NCBI RefSeq assembly: GCF_006345805.1
Contig: NC_043020.1
Coordinates: 21,638,001 to 21,702,000 of the forward strand
Reading direction: 5' to 3'
DNA: 64,000 nucleotides
From: Octopus sinensis
Taxonomy: Eukaryota
Part shown: positions 39,391 to 51,953 of the stretch, in pieces
How positions within the stretch are numbered: position 1 is the first letter of the stretch
Layout: the number at the start of each line of letters is the position of its first letter
Program-made: the position numbers and the translations under genes
The notes under the pieces: model-generated
Told to the model about the DNA's origin: nothing
Database searches by the model: none
Seen by the model: the letters and a program-made list of their open reading frames with translations, nothing else

Positions 39391-42067
39391 ACGTGGTGGT
39401 GGAACAATATTGTAGACAGGGCTATTAGAGAAAAGAGACAGGCTTGGAAGGTCTGGAAAAATGGGGGTAGCAGGGAATTGTATCAGACTGCCAAAAGAGA
39501 AGCTAGGAGACAGGTTTATTTAGCCAGAGGGGAAGCAGATAAGAAAAAATTTGCCAATGTTCTGCGCCGTGAGGACCAAAGACTGGAGGTGTTTCGTGTT
39601 GCAAGACAGTGTGTGAGAGAGAATCGTGATGTGGTAGGAGAGAAGTGTGTTCGCATGGAAGATGGTTCACTTGCGCTAAATGAGGATGCAAAGAGAGAGG
39701 TTTGGAGATGCCACTATGAAAGGTTGCTGAATGAAGAAAATGAATGGGATAAAGAGAGTCTGCCGAATGTTGACCCAACAGAGAGACCAGCTATCCGAGT
39801 TGATAGTTCTGTGGTAGCTAAGGCAATTAGAAGCATGAAGACAGGGAAAGCCCCAGGCCCATCAGGAATCACTGCAGAGATGCTCAAAATGTCTGGTAGT
39901 GTCGGCTATAGCCTAGTCACCCATATAGTTAATCAGGTGATACACAAAGGGGTCATACCCAATGACTGGTGTAGCAGTATAATAGTCAACTGCTACAAAG
40001 GTAAAGGTGATGCCCTAGATACAAATAACTACAGAGGTATCAAGCTGTTGGACCAGGTGATGAAGGTTACGGAGAGGGTCATAGCCCAACTAATTAGAGA
40101 GAGAGTTAGTTTAGATGAGATGCAGTTTGGGTTTGTGCCAGGGAAAAGTACTACTGATGCTATATTCCTGGTAAGGCAGCTGCAGGAGAAATACCTAGCC
40201 AAAGATAAGCCCCTGTACCTGGCTTTTGTTGACATGGAGAAAGCCTTTGACAGGGTCCCCCGATCCCTTATCTGGTGGGCAATGAGAAAACTAGGGATAG
40301 ATGAATGGTTAGTGAGAGCTGTGCGGGCCATGTATAGGGACGCCGCTAGTAGGGTGAGGGTTGGAAATGAGTACAGTGAAGAATTCCGGGTAGAGGTAGG
40401 GGTCCACCAAGGCTCAGTACTCAGCCCCCTCCTATTTATCTTAGTCCTCCAGGCAATAACGGAGGAATTCAAGACAGGATGCCCTTGGGAGCTCCTCTAT
40501 GCTGATGACCTTGCTCTAATTGCTGAGTCGCTATCAGAACTGGAGGAGAAGTTTCAGGTGTGGAAACAAGGATTAGAATCGAAGGGCCTCAGAGTCAATC
40601 TAGCTAAAACCAAAGTCGTAATCAGTAGGAAGGTAGAAAAATCACAAACACCTTCAGGTAGATGGCCCTGCTCGATCTGTAGAAAAGGTGTAGGTAGAAA
40701 CTCTATAAGATGCACCAAGTGTAAGCTATGGACACATAAGAGATGCAGCAATGTCAAAGGAAGGCTAACTAGGAAGATGGTTTTTGTATGTGGCAGATGC
40801 TCAGGAACAATAAACACTGAAAATGCTCTGAGACCAACTTCCGTCACTTTCCAGGGAGAAAAACTAGAAATAGTTGATAGTTTCCGTTACCTAGGTGACC
40901 AAGTCGGCAGCGGGGGCGGGTGTGCTGAAAGTGTAACTGCTAGAGTAAGAATAGCTTGGGCAAAGTTCAGAGAGCTCTTACCTCTGCTGGTGACAAAAGG
41001 CCTCTCACACAGAGTGAAAGGCAGACTGTATGATGCGTGTGTACGAACAGCCATGCTACATGGCAGTGAAACATGGGCCGTGACTGCTGAGGATATGCGT
41101 AAGCTCGCTAGAAATGAAGCCAGTATGCTCCGATGGATGTGTAATGCCGGTACTCACACTCGGCAGAGTGTAAGTACCTTGAGAGAAAAGCTGGACCTAA
41201 GAAGCATCAGTTGTGGTGTGCAAGAGAGACGTTTGCGCTGGTATGGTCATGTGGCGAGAATGGATGAAGATAGTTGTGTGAAAAAGTGCCACACCCTAGC
41301 GGTTGAGGGAACCTGTGGAAGAGGCAGACCCAGGAAAACCTGGGACGAGGTGGTGAAGCACGACCTTCGAACTTTAGGTCTCACTGAGGAAATGACTAGA
41401 GACCGAGACCTCTGGAAGTGTGCTGTGCGCGAGAAGACCCGGCAGGACAAGTAAGTCCACAACCCGTGGCCTTCTACATGGGATGGAGCCAGCCTACGTA
41501 TGCATACCTTCCCTTCTTGGGACACAAAACTCTACTTGTGAAGACGTGTTGAGGCAAGTGAGGATCAGAATCGAAATCGATCAATGGAAATTGCGGATGT
41601 GCTACCAGTGCCGGTGGCATGTCGAAACTCTGCTTGTGAAGACCCATTGAGGCAAGTGAGGATCAGAATCGAAATCGATCAATGGAAATCGATCAATGGA
41701 AATTGCAGATGTGTTACCAGTGCCGGTGGCATGTAAGAGAACTTTCCGTTTCGCGACCGTTGCCAGCACCACCCTGTTTCGTGTCCGTTGCCAGCCTCGC
41801 CTGGCCCTCGTGCCGGTGGCACATAAAAAGCACCATCCGTTCGTGGCCGTTTGCCAGCTCTGTCTGGCACCAGTGCGGGTGGCACGTAAAAAGCACCCAC
41901 TACACTCACGGAGTGGTTGGCGTTAGGAAGGGCATCCAGCTGTAGAAACACTGCCAGATTTGACTGGGCCTGATGAAGCCTTCTGGCTTCACAGACCCCA
42001 GTAGAACCGTCCAACCCATGCTAGCATGGAAAACGGACGCTAAATGATGATGATGATGATGATGATG
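39391..42067 (+). mobile_element. Young 5'-truncated RTE-clade LINE with PHD-containing RT, repeat-rich 3' UTR and (GAT)n tail
   Basis: Uninterrupted 658-aa frame. The 5' break matches 63541 of the sister copy. Confidence 0.92.
39478..41454 (+). CDS. RTE reverse transcriptase (N-terminally truncated, frame intact) with internal PHD finger
   Basis: NYRGIKLL, QFGFVPGKSTTDAIF, DMEKAFDRVPR, GVHQGSVLSPLLF, YADD, then a C4HC3 finger (40669-40800), FRYLG, LHGSETW, RGRPRKTW. Confidence 0.85.
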   Translation: MYQTAKREARRQVYLARGEADKKKFANVLRREDQRLEVFRVARQCVRENRDVVGEKCVRMEDGSLALNEDAKREVWRCHYERLLNEENEWDKESLPNVDPTERPAIRVDSSVVAKAIRSMKTGKAPGPSGITAEMLKMSGSVGYSLVTHIVNQVIHKGVIPNDWCSSIIVNCYKGKGDALDTNNYRGIKLLDQVMKVTERVIAQLIRERVSLDEMQFGFVPGKSTTDAIFLVRQLQEKYLAKDKPLYLAFVDMEKAFDRVPRSLIWWAMRKLGIDEWLVRAVRAMYRDAASRVRVGNEYSEEFRVEVGVHQGSVLSPLLFILVLQAITEEFKTGCPWELLYADDLALIAESLSELEEKFQVWKQGLESKGLRVNLAKTKVVISRKVEKSQTPSGRWPCSICRKGVGRNSIRCTKCKLWTHKRCSNVKGRLTRKMVFVCGRCSGTINTENALRPTSVTFQGEKLEIVDSFRYLGDQVGSGGGCAESVTARVRIAWAKFRELLPLLVTKGLSHRVKGRLYDACVRTAMLHGSETWAVTAEDMRKLARNEASMLRWMCNAGTHTRQSVSTLREKLDLRSISCGVQERRLRWYGHVARMDEDSCVKKCHTLAVEGTCGRGRPRKTWDEVVKHDLRTLGLTEEMTRDRDLWKCAVREKTRQDK

Positions 42068-42707
42068 TGCAATGGTCGGAAAGGAAAAAGGATTTGTTAA
42101 GCTTCTTGAAAATCATATTGGACACAATGTAATGAGTTTTAATTGACTATACATCAGGAAAATTTAGTTGTAAAATTTTGTCACAGAGCTTGAGTTCTGT
42201 TATAGAGACTGCTGCTAAAATAGTTAGCTTCATAGTTTCTCACTCTTCACTAACTCACAGACAATTTAAGTCCCTTCTGTAAGAATTGGACAACAGATCT
42301 CCCATTACACAGTAATGTCCGTTGGCTTAGTCAGGATAATGTTTAGAACGGATTTGTATCATGCTTAGAAGAAATCAAAATATTTCTTGAATAGAAACAT
42401 TTCCCAGAATGGAACAATGAAGACTGGTTATTTAAATTGATGTTTCTAACTGACATAAGCAAACACTTGAATGATTTAAATTTGCATTTACAAGGGAGAG
42501 ATCAAACAGTACTTGATCTTTTTGAAAACTGTAAAGGACTTTTGTTAAAATTAGATATGTTTTGGTGTGATATACTTAGCAACACTTACAAATACTTTCC
42601 AAATGTAAAAGCTTATTCAAATTGATCTAATGTTTAAAAATGAACTTCAAAAATATATTGCAATGTTGAAAGAAGATTTTTCCAAGTGAGATAAAGATTT
42701 CTAAACT

Positions 42708-44020
42708 TCCTCATCATCATCATCGTTTAACGTCCACTTAGCATGGGTTGGATAATTTGACTGAGGTCTGGCGAACAAGATGGCTGCACCAGATTCCAAT
42801 CTGATCTGGCAGAGTTTCTGGGTGCCCTTCCTAAAGTCAACCACTCCAAGAGTATAGTGGGTGCTTTTACGTGCCACCGGCACGAAGGCCAGTCAGGCAG
42901 TACTGGCAACGGCCATGCTCAAACGATGCTTTTTATGTGCCACCTGCACAGGAGCCAGTCCAGCGGCACTAGCAATGACCTCGCTCGAATGTTTTTCACG
43001 TGCCACCAGCACAGATGCCAGTAAGACGACGCATGTAACGATCACGCCCAAATGGTGCTTTTTACGTGTCATTGGCACGGAGGCCAGCTGGTTGCTCGGG
43101 CAACAATCACGCTCATATGGTACTCTTAGCGCTCCACTAGCATGGATGCCAGTCATTGAATTTGATTTCGATTTCACTTGCCTCAACAGGTCTTCGCAAG
43201 CAGAGTTTAGTGTCCAAAGAAGGAAAGGTACGCATAAGTGGGCTGGTTACACCCCTGGCATAGGCCACAAGGTTATGGTCTCACTTCAGCTTGCCGAGTC
43301 TTCTCAAGCACAGCATATTTCCAAAGGTCTCGGTCACTAGTCATTTCCTCAGTGAGGCCAAATGTTTGAAGGTCATGCTTCACCACCTCATCTCAGGTTC
43401 CACAGGTTCCCTCAACCGCTAGGGTGTGGCACTTTTTCAGACAGCTATCCACAGCCATTCTTGCCACATGGTCATACCAGCGCAGTCATCTCTTTTGCAC
43501 ACCACATCTGTTGCTTCTTAGGTCCAACTTTTCTCTCAAGGTACTAACACTCTGTCGAGTATGCACACTGACATTACACATCCATCGGAGCATACTGGCT
43601 TCATTCCTTGTGAGCTTACGCAGTCACGGCCCATGTTTCACTGCCATGTAGCATAGCTGTTTGTACACATGCGTCATACAGTCTACCTTTTACTCTGAGC
43701 GAGAGGCCCTTTGTCACCAGCAGAGGTAAGAGCTCTGAACTTTACCCAGGCTATTCTTATTCTAGCAGCTACACTTTCAGCACACACTTCCCCACTACTG
43801 ACTTAGTCACCTAGGTAATGGAAGCTGTCAACTGCTTGTAGTTTTTCTCCCTGGAATGTAGCAGAAGTTGTTCTCTGCACATTTTCAGTGTTTATTGCTC
43901 CTGAGCATCTGCCACATACAAAAACTATCTTCCCAGTTAGCCTTCCTTTAATATTGCTGCATCTCTTATGTGTCCACAGCTTACACTGGGTACATCTTAT
44001 CCATAGCTTACACTGGGTAC
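42708..44020 (-). mobile_element. Older 3' fragment of the same RTE-PHD family, inverted
   Basis: CTQCKLWTHKRCSNIKGRL...VCGRC (43803-44063), shared 3' UTR and (GAT)n tail. Confidence 0.88.
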
Positions 44021-45164
44021 ATGCTCCTGTATTTTCTTTTCTCATCAAACCCGACTGGATCAATTTGAAAACAAACCCATTTGATCCATCACTTTTTGAG
44101 TGGATTCACATCAATAGTTTTGAAATGGAAATGATCGAATTAACAACTTCAGAATTGTGGAAAACAAAATTTGTGGAATTACAAAAAACTCTTGAAAGAA
44201 GCTGCTTGGAGAAGTCTGTTGCCATCTTCAGTTTCTGGATGTCGTTGCCTGAAAGATTAAATTCTTTGAAGAAAATCTCATATGCATTTTCTCCCTCTCC
44301 ACACCAAATTAATTTCTTAGTTTTTTTCAAATTTTTTATTCTTGATAATCCATGGAGAAAAAAGAGTACGAACTTTTAAGAATTTTACCCAACACTTTCA
44401 AAAAGCTACACACTCCCAATGTTTCACTTTTAGCTTTTTGGAAAGCAGTGAAGTTTCTTCAGAAATAATATCGTTTACCTGTTGTTTCTAGCTTGTCGGG
44501 TTTTCTGGTGGTTGTCTGGTATTTTTTAAGTCTACTATTTTTAATTCTGAAAGCCAGTAGGTGAGTGGGCAAGGTGGGGGAAGGGGCACTGAGTGTTTCT
44601 TTAAGAAAAATTAAGCTGTAAAAAATATATTTTCTAGATTCGTAATCTCTGTATTTTTGTATATAGAGAACAAAAAAAAAATTTGTAAAAATTTATAAAT
44701 TAAGAAATTGCAGTGGGGATAGAGGGAAATTAAAATTTTGAAAACATGACTTCTGGACAAAATCGTATTAACCCCCTTTTATACAATGAAACAATATATA
44801 GTTTCTGATCTGTCTTAAGAACAGAAAGCACTTTCAAGCAAACCCATGCAAATTGTACCCTCACCCTTCACTATTAAACAAAACTATATATCAGCTGTGC
44901 TGATTCTGGCCATAACAAAGGAGCAAATAATACAATGTGCTTGTAGGTCATAACATCCAGGCATCACTGGTATGCATTGCAAGTATTTGATTGGATGAGA
45001 TACATCAATACTGGTAATATTTTCTTTATATAATTTTTAAAATCATTTATTATTATATTCCCTCTTAAATTGAAATGTCTTAGACTTACTTCTGTGCAAT
45101 TTCCATCTCTGTCTTTTATACATAAAAATTTGATTTGTATAGATCTCTAATCTTTTTCAACCTA

Positions 45165-46040
45165 TGGGTTATAACAGCTGAGGACATGTGTAGGATTGAG
45201 AGAAATGAAGTCAGTATGCTTTGCTGGATGTGCAATGTCAGTGTGCATATTCGACAGAGTGTAAGCATCTTGAGAGAAAAGTTAGGCATAAGAGAAATCA
45301 GAAACGGTGTCAAAAAGAGATGACTGTGCTGGTATGGTCATGTGATGTGTATGAATGAGGACAGCCGTGTAAAGAAGTGCTGATCCCTAACTGTGGAGGG
45401 AACCTGTGGTAGGGGTAGACCCAGGAAGACATGGGACGAGGTGGTGAAGCATGATCTTCAAACTTTGAACCTCACAGAGGCAATGACTAGTGACCAAGAC
45501 CCTTTAGCAATGTGCTCTGCTTAAGGGGACCCATCAAGCCAAGTGCACCTGCGCTGATGGCACATAAAATAATCAACCTTTGAACATTGGGCCTCACAGA
45601 GACATAGTGGCTCGGTTCCTTTCAAGCTTTGGGCTCCATGGAGGCAAAGTGGCTGAGTTCCTTTCGAGTGTTAGGCTTCACAGACGCAAGGTGGCTGAGT
45701 TCCTTTCGAGTGTTGGGTCTCATGGAAGCAAGGTGGCCAAGTTCCTTTTGAGTGTTGGGCTTCATGGAGGCAATGCCAAGACGTTTGGCATTATGTCACG
45801 CATGAAATGACCCATCAAGTTGAGCAAAATCACAGTCATGATAGATACCGGTGCCACACAAATGGTACCTGTGCCAGTGGCATGTAAAAGTACCCATTAC
45901 ACTCTCAGAGTGGTTGGTGTTAGGAAGGGCATCCAGCTGTAAAAAACCATGCCAAATCAGACTGGAATCTGGTGCAGCTTTTCAGTGAACCAACCTATTC
46001 AAACCATCCAACAGACATTAAATGGTGATGATGATGATGA
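45165..46040 (+). mobile_element. 3' fragment of an RTE-PHD-family LINE with ~42-bp tandem repeats in its UTR
   Basis: WVITAEDM...LREKLGIR, GRGRPRKTW; repeats at 45580-45780; (GAT)n tail. Confidence 0.85.
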
Positions 46041-46329
46041 TATATATACACACACAATATAAATATATATTTATATATGCAGACATATATACTTCCTGCA
46101 TACAAGCTTACTATTTATATTAATATTAATATATGTTGAGTTCTGAGTCTATGAACAATGGAATCCACTACATCATTGAATGACTAGAATTCATTTACAT
46201 AGATCTAGATAGTTTTATATAACTATACTTATCTAGTCACACATATTCACAGTTAGCTGATAATATATGTAACCTGTGTAATAGATATATAAACACTTTT
46301 TCTTTATCTGTCATCTGAGGTTAATACAC

Positions 46330-46865
46330 AGTGGCAATGACAAGCAACCAAGACCTTTAGAGATATATCATGCTTGAGAAGACCTGGCAAGCCAAGTAGG
46401 ATCGTAGTCATGGCTGATGCCAGTGTTGCAAACTGGCCTGTTTAAGAGCATCCTTCAATCATTAGCCAATATGCCATACTTGTGAAGACCTGTTGAACCA
46501 AGTGAAATCGTAGTCATGGCCTTGCCAGTGCTGCCTGACTGGCACCTGTGCCGGTGGCACATAAAAAGCACCATTCAAACATGGCCGATGCCAGTGCCAC
46601 CTGTCTAGCATGCAAAAAGCACCATTCAAGCGTGACTAATGCCTGTGCCAGTAGCACGTAAACAGCACCATTTGAGTGTGGCCAATGGCACATAAAAAGC
46701 ACCCACTACACTCTCAGAGTGATTGGCATTAGGAAGGGCATCCATCTGTAGAAACCTTGCCAAATCAGATAGAAGCCTGGTGCAGCCTCCCACTCTGCCA
46801 GCTCTCAGTCAAACCATCCAACCCATGCCAGCATGGAAAGCAGATGTTAAATGACGATGATATTG
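46330..46865 (+). mobile_element. RTE-family 3' UTR fragment
   Basis: gtgccggtggcacataaaaagcacc repeats and the ggaagggcatcc...ccaacccatgccagcatggaaag tail. Confidence 0.8.
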
Positions 46866-47009
46866 ATACTTGGCAACAAGTACTTCTACAACCTTGCATC
46901 ACATTTTACATCTTTGGTGATGTTAGTGATGGTGTGATATGTAGAAACAATTGTAGTGATATGAAATAAAGAATGTCATCCAATCCATTTTCTTTTCCTC
47001 TTCTCTTTG

Positions 47010-47140
47010 TGTGTGTGTGTGTGTGCATTTGTGACCCCATTGCTTGATAATTTGGGTCAGTTTGGTCAATTAAACTCAAAGTGGTGCACCAGCATGGCCA
47101 CAGTCCAATGACTAAAACAAGTAAAAGATAAAAGATAATG
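47010..47140 (+). mobile_element. SINE 3' fragment with CR1/L2-type tail
   Basis: ggtgcaccagcatggccacagtccaatgactaaaac followed by short taaaaga repeats; homologous to the LINE 3' UTR at 19320-19355. Confidence 0.65.
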
Positions 47141-48858
47141 GCACAGCTACAACCATCAATTTTTAAAAAATTAAATTTAAAAATTAGCCTGATGATTCAT
47201 TTGGTAACAATGAAACACTGTTCTGGGTAATTATAATCAAAGTATATTTTATACTAGTGAGACCCATGGAAATTTCATGGTGTAAGACAAAATACTTGAA
47301 AACATTATGTTAGTATATTAAGCACAAGCAAGGAACTTCAAAAAGTTTTTTTTTTTAAATTCTGCCATTTAATCAAAACTGTACTTTTAAATATAATTGA
47401 AATGAATTGAAATGGTTCATAGAATTTTTGAAGTAAAATTCATTAACAATATTTAAATTGCTGGAAGAGCATTGTAGAAAATGAAGGAGAGTATATTTTA
47501 GATTAAAAAAGAACTTTGTTTATCTTAATTTTGAAAAACAAAAGAAGTATAAAAAGACGCATTGTTATGGGGCTGACCCAATATATAGCTCATACTGAGT
47601 GTGTATATTTGTCAGTGAGTGTGTATGCATGTGTATAAGAAATTTCATTAGGGTGGTATTGTAATTTAAAAAGGTATGAAAATGTTAATTTATTTTAATA
47701 ACATACTTTCAGTCAATGTTTTTTTTTCTTATTGTAACGATTATAATGATGATCACTAACTTTTTCCCCACTTTTTTTTTTACCTTCAAGGCTTTTCCTA
47801 ACATTTTTTATGTGTATAGTGCAAAAAAAAAATTGGCCAAAATCGGAACTGAGTGAGGGAGGGGGCGAAAATTCATAAATTTTCAAAAATTCTTTTGCTA
47901 CTGTTTTTTTTTTATGGTTGTTTTTAAGTGCATAGTGCAAAATAAAATTGGATGAAATCAGTCCAGAAGGGGAATTAGAAAAATATTTTTCATGAAAAGC
48001 TTTCCCCTATCATTTGCAAGGGTGTGGTGAAAAGAAAAATTTGAAAAATTCTTGTTAAAACAGAGAAAATCCAATTTATGTGGATGTGTTATCCCAAAAG
48101 TCTGCAAAGGTAATCTGTAGTGAAAATTAACAGGCAACAACTTTGCTAGTATATGTATATATGTATCATTGCTTGTCTTCCATGCTGGATGGTTTGACAG
48201 GAGCCAGATAGGTAGAAGACTACACCAGGCTACTGTCTCTGTTTTGGCATGGTTTTTTATGGCTGGATGCCCTTCCTAACACCAACATATATATAAGGCT
48301 CAGTGTAAGTTATTTACCAAATGAGAATATTTTCATTTCAGTTCAGTTCAGCTACCTATCTATTTGTATATCTATTAATATATCTCTCAACCTGCATATC
48401 TGTTGATTTAGCTATGTATCTCTCTCTCTCTGTTTAATTAATTATCACATCTCCTTTCCCTTCTGCCAATGTACATAAGCATTTAAATCTAATAACAAAA
48501 AAGAAAAATGAGCCTTTGGTCTGGAATGCTAAAAGATAAAAGTGTAAAATCCACAGCTATTTGCTAAGGTTATTTCACTTTCATTTAACTACCTATCAAT
48601 ATATCTTTTAATTCATAGATCTTCATGACATTGTTTCATTATGTTAAACATTTCAACTGTGCCAGTGATTTGAACACACAAATGCAGAATAATATAGATC
48701 CCCCTCTCGCTCTTTTTCCATGTTTTCACTTTTCATTTTTTTCCTTGATTCCACAATTCCCATTTCTCACTGTCCCCCTTTCTCCTCTCTCTCTCTCTCT
48801 CTCTCTCTTTCTCTACATCTATCCATTTGAGTTATTACATCCGTTGGAGTAATTGTAA

Positions 48859-49213
48859 TCTCTCTCTATATAAACGGCAGTTTGTCTGCGCGTGTTTCTG
48901 TGTGTCTGTTTGCTTGTACCCTCACCCTGACCACGGCTTTCAACCGATTCTGATGAAACTTGACACACACATAGCCCAATGTCATAATTCAAAACTAACG
49001 CAGCGAAAATTTTGAAAAGTTCCCCCAGTTCTGAAAAAAATCGATAAATTCGACATGGGGTCGAGAATCAGAAACACAAACCGTCTAGGGGACGCAACTC
49101 CACCTTTTTTTACTCTCAAAAAAATTTACCATCATTTTTTGGCTATAACTCTCTAAAAATGCTTTATAGTTATTTCCCTTACAAACCTGAGCAACGCCGG
49201 GCGATACTGCTAG
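48859..49213 (+). mobile_element. Complete non-autonomous Helitron
   Basis: 5' TC, 3' CTAG, inserted between A and T, subterminal hairpin cctgagcaacgccggg; no TSD. Confidence 0.88.
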
Positions 49214-49437
49214 TACACAGATAAATTTGACAGGAACAAGAATAATATAACATTTTATGAACAAACTTTGGTATTTTACAGATAAGAAAGTAAATTTCAA
49301 ATGGAGTAAAACTGTGAAAACAGCAGAAAGATTGGATATTTACTCTTATAAGATAGAAAAAAACCCACCTGCTGGAAATTACTGTTTTCACAGTTTTACT
49401 GCATTTGAAATTTACTTTCTTGTTTGTAAAATAATTA

Positions 49438-51810
49438 CACTGATCAACAAGTATTTTTCATCAAGCATACGTCAAGGTGTATTTAGTGTAGTTTTTAATG
49501 CTGATTTCAAATATACAATTAGTTTTTTGACATCACATACAGTTTTCGAGAGGAGAAAGTTTTCTGGTTCTAGATCACGCATTATATAGAAATTCCAGTT
49601 AATAATGTATATGCATGTATTTCATTTACATGGAAACATACTTTTAAAATAAACTACATTATTCATTGCTGCATAGTTCAGATGCAATATTTCATCATCT
49701 TAAATTAACCAATCAAGTTTTATCTCATGAAATAAGTATTTCAACATCTCAAATTGTCCAGTCATAACTGGTCTGATGAAATATTTCATCCAACTCAAAT
49801 TCAATATAAGTATATCTGTTTGTATCTACTTCTTTACTTGTTTTACAGTGTTAACAATGTCAAAACAGTGTAGAAATCATCCTGATGTGTTTTGTTATGT
49901 CTGTAGACAATTTATTGTGAAATCTCAAAAACATACAATAACACCAGAGATCAAGAAGATTTATAAGCTATACTTTGTCCTCTTGGAAATCAGGCCAAGT
50001 TATGGGCATCAATTTTTATATGCTCGGCTTATTCAAATGGCTTATGTAACTGGTTCAATAATAAGAAGTCCATGCCTTTTGCCATTCCAGTGATATGGAG
50101 GGAGCCAAAAGACCATTTTAATTACTGTTATTTTTGCAAAATAAATGTCACAGGATTTTCTATGAAGAATAAACAAATTGTGTATCCCAATTTGGATTCT
50201 GCAATGAGACCTGTGCCTCAAAATGGAAGTCTGCCAATTCCAGTTCCACCAGATGATGGCATTGAAACATCAGATGATGATGCTGACTGTTAGGATACTG
50301 CTGCTGAGGAAGATTACATGGCTGATGACAATAGCTTTGAACCTCAGAAATTTTCCCAAGTTGAATGAATGACCTTGTCAGAGACCTATCCCTCTCAAAA
50401 GATAAACCAAAACTGTTGCCATCAAGTCTGAAGAAGTATCTGGTAGAGCACGATCCTTGTACAACTTATTTTCAGCAGAGAAATGTGGTTCTACAAACAT
50501 GTTTTTCTGTTGAAGGCCTGCTTTGCTTTTGCAGTAACATCGATGGACTTTTCGAATGTTTATCACAAAATCATGATCCCGCAGAGTTTGTTTATTGACT
50601 TTTCAAAACAAAGTTTAAAAGCTGTACTTCTCCATAATGGTAATTTGAAGCCCTCCATTCCAATTGCACACTTTATAAATCATATGAGAATATGGAACTT
50701 TTACTTCATGCCATTGCCTATGAAAGGTATTTATGGAAAATACGTGGAGATCCGAAAGTCATTGGTATGTTAATGGGAATGCAATCAGGTTTCACAAAAT
50801 ATTGTTGTTTCTTGTGTCTATGAGATAGTCGGGCAACTGACAGACATTATTTGGAATCAAACTGGCAGACAAGAACATCATACCAGCCAGGACTCTCTGG
50901 CATCAAGAATACACCTCTTGTAGACCCATGTAATGTCCTGTTGCCTCCTTTGCACAAAAAGCTTGAACTGATGAAACAGTTTGTAAAGATACTAGGGAAG
51001 AGACATGTCAGAAGGTTTGCATATATTGTAGAAAAGTTTCCCAAAATCACACAGGTGAAGTTGAAAGAGGGTATCTTTGTCAAACCCCAAATTAGAGAAG
51101 TACTCAAAGATGTCAACTTCAAGAGAATACTGTATGAACTGGAACTGCTTGCCTGGAATGCTTTCAATTGGATCTGTAAGAATTTCTTGGGCAACAAGAA
51201 GGCAATGGACAACGAGGATGGCATCAAGGATCTTATAAAATTTTACTCAGCAGTGAGTTGTTACATGTCACAGAAAGTTCACTTCTTGGACTCCCATCTG
51301 TATTTCTTCACAGATAACCTTGGAGCAGTGTCTGATGAACATGGTGAAAGATTTCACCAGGACATTAGTGCTATGGAGAAACGGTACCAAGGCTTCTGGA
51401 ATGACAGTATGCAGGCTAACTGCTGCTGGATACTTTACTGTTATCAACCAGATCAAGAACACCGCAGGAAACCCAAATCACAATGTTTCTAACTCTGTTG
51501 TTCTAACTTTGTCGGTTTTGTCTGACCCATTTTTTGTGTATTCACTCTTTGTGATGACTTATAACTCAATAAACTCATTTACTTTCTAAAAATAATATGT
51601 CCTTATTTATTACGTTAATGATTTCATATATACAAATATGTAAATATTTGCATGTATTTACTGAAAAACTGATATGTGCTGCATACAAATGGAGTGAAAT
51701 TTTGAAATCAGCATGACACTGTAAAACAAGTAAAGAAATAGATACAAACGGTTATACTTATATTTGTTTGCATTCACAATGAGTATAATACATTTAATTT
51801 TGTTGAGTAT
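49438..51810 (+). mobile_element. Decayed Chapaev3-type (CMC) DNA transposon
   Basis: CAC terminus (cactgatcaacaa); subterminal atgctgatttcaaa / tttgaaatcagcat. Transposase CRNHPDVFCYVC, WREPKDH..CYFC, SLKAVLLHNGN, FTKYCCFLCL, LLPPLH, SDEHGERFHQDI. Confidence 0.8.
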
Positions 51811-51953
51811 CAGAGTCAGCACCTTAAAAGTTCAAGGAGTCAGAGTCAGGGCCTAGGTCTACTGACTCAATAATCCTGCTTCAATACCCCAAAATTGGAA
51901 AGGATCCTCCTGATATCTGTATATCTAGAGAAAGCTCTCACATCTCTAAACTA

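Larger units (their letters stand above)
38720..44290 (+). mobile_element. Decayed hAT (GTF2IRD2/Charlie-type) transposase split by two RTE insertions
   Basis: FSVTIDENTDVNDMAHLAIVARY (~39200-39270); AMVGKEKG..HQE, HSNVRWLS, LNDLNLHLQG (42070-42620); FWMSLPE (44030-44290). Confidence 0.75.

Noticed and set aside
47250-48150. Possible Helitron/Helentron relic (CTAG ends, ccatggaaatttcatgg hairpin)
   Set aside because: Termini do not form a consistent single element; left unclassified, as is the internally duplicated repeat at 62100-62510.
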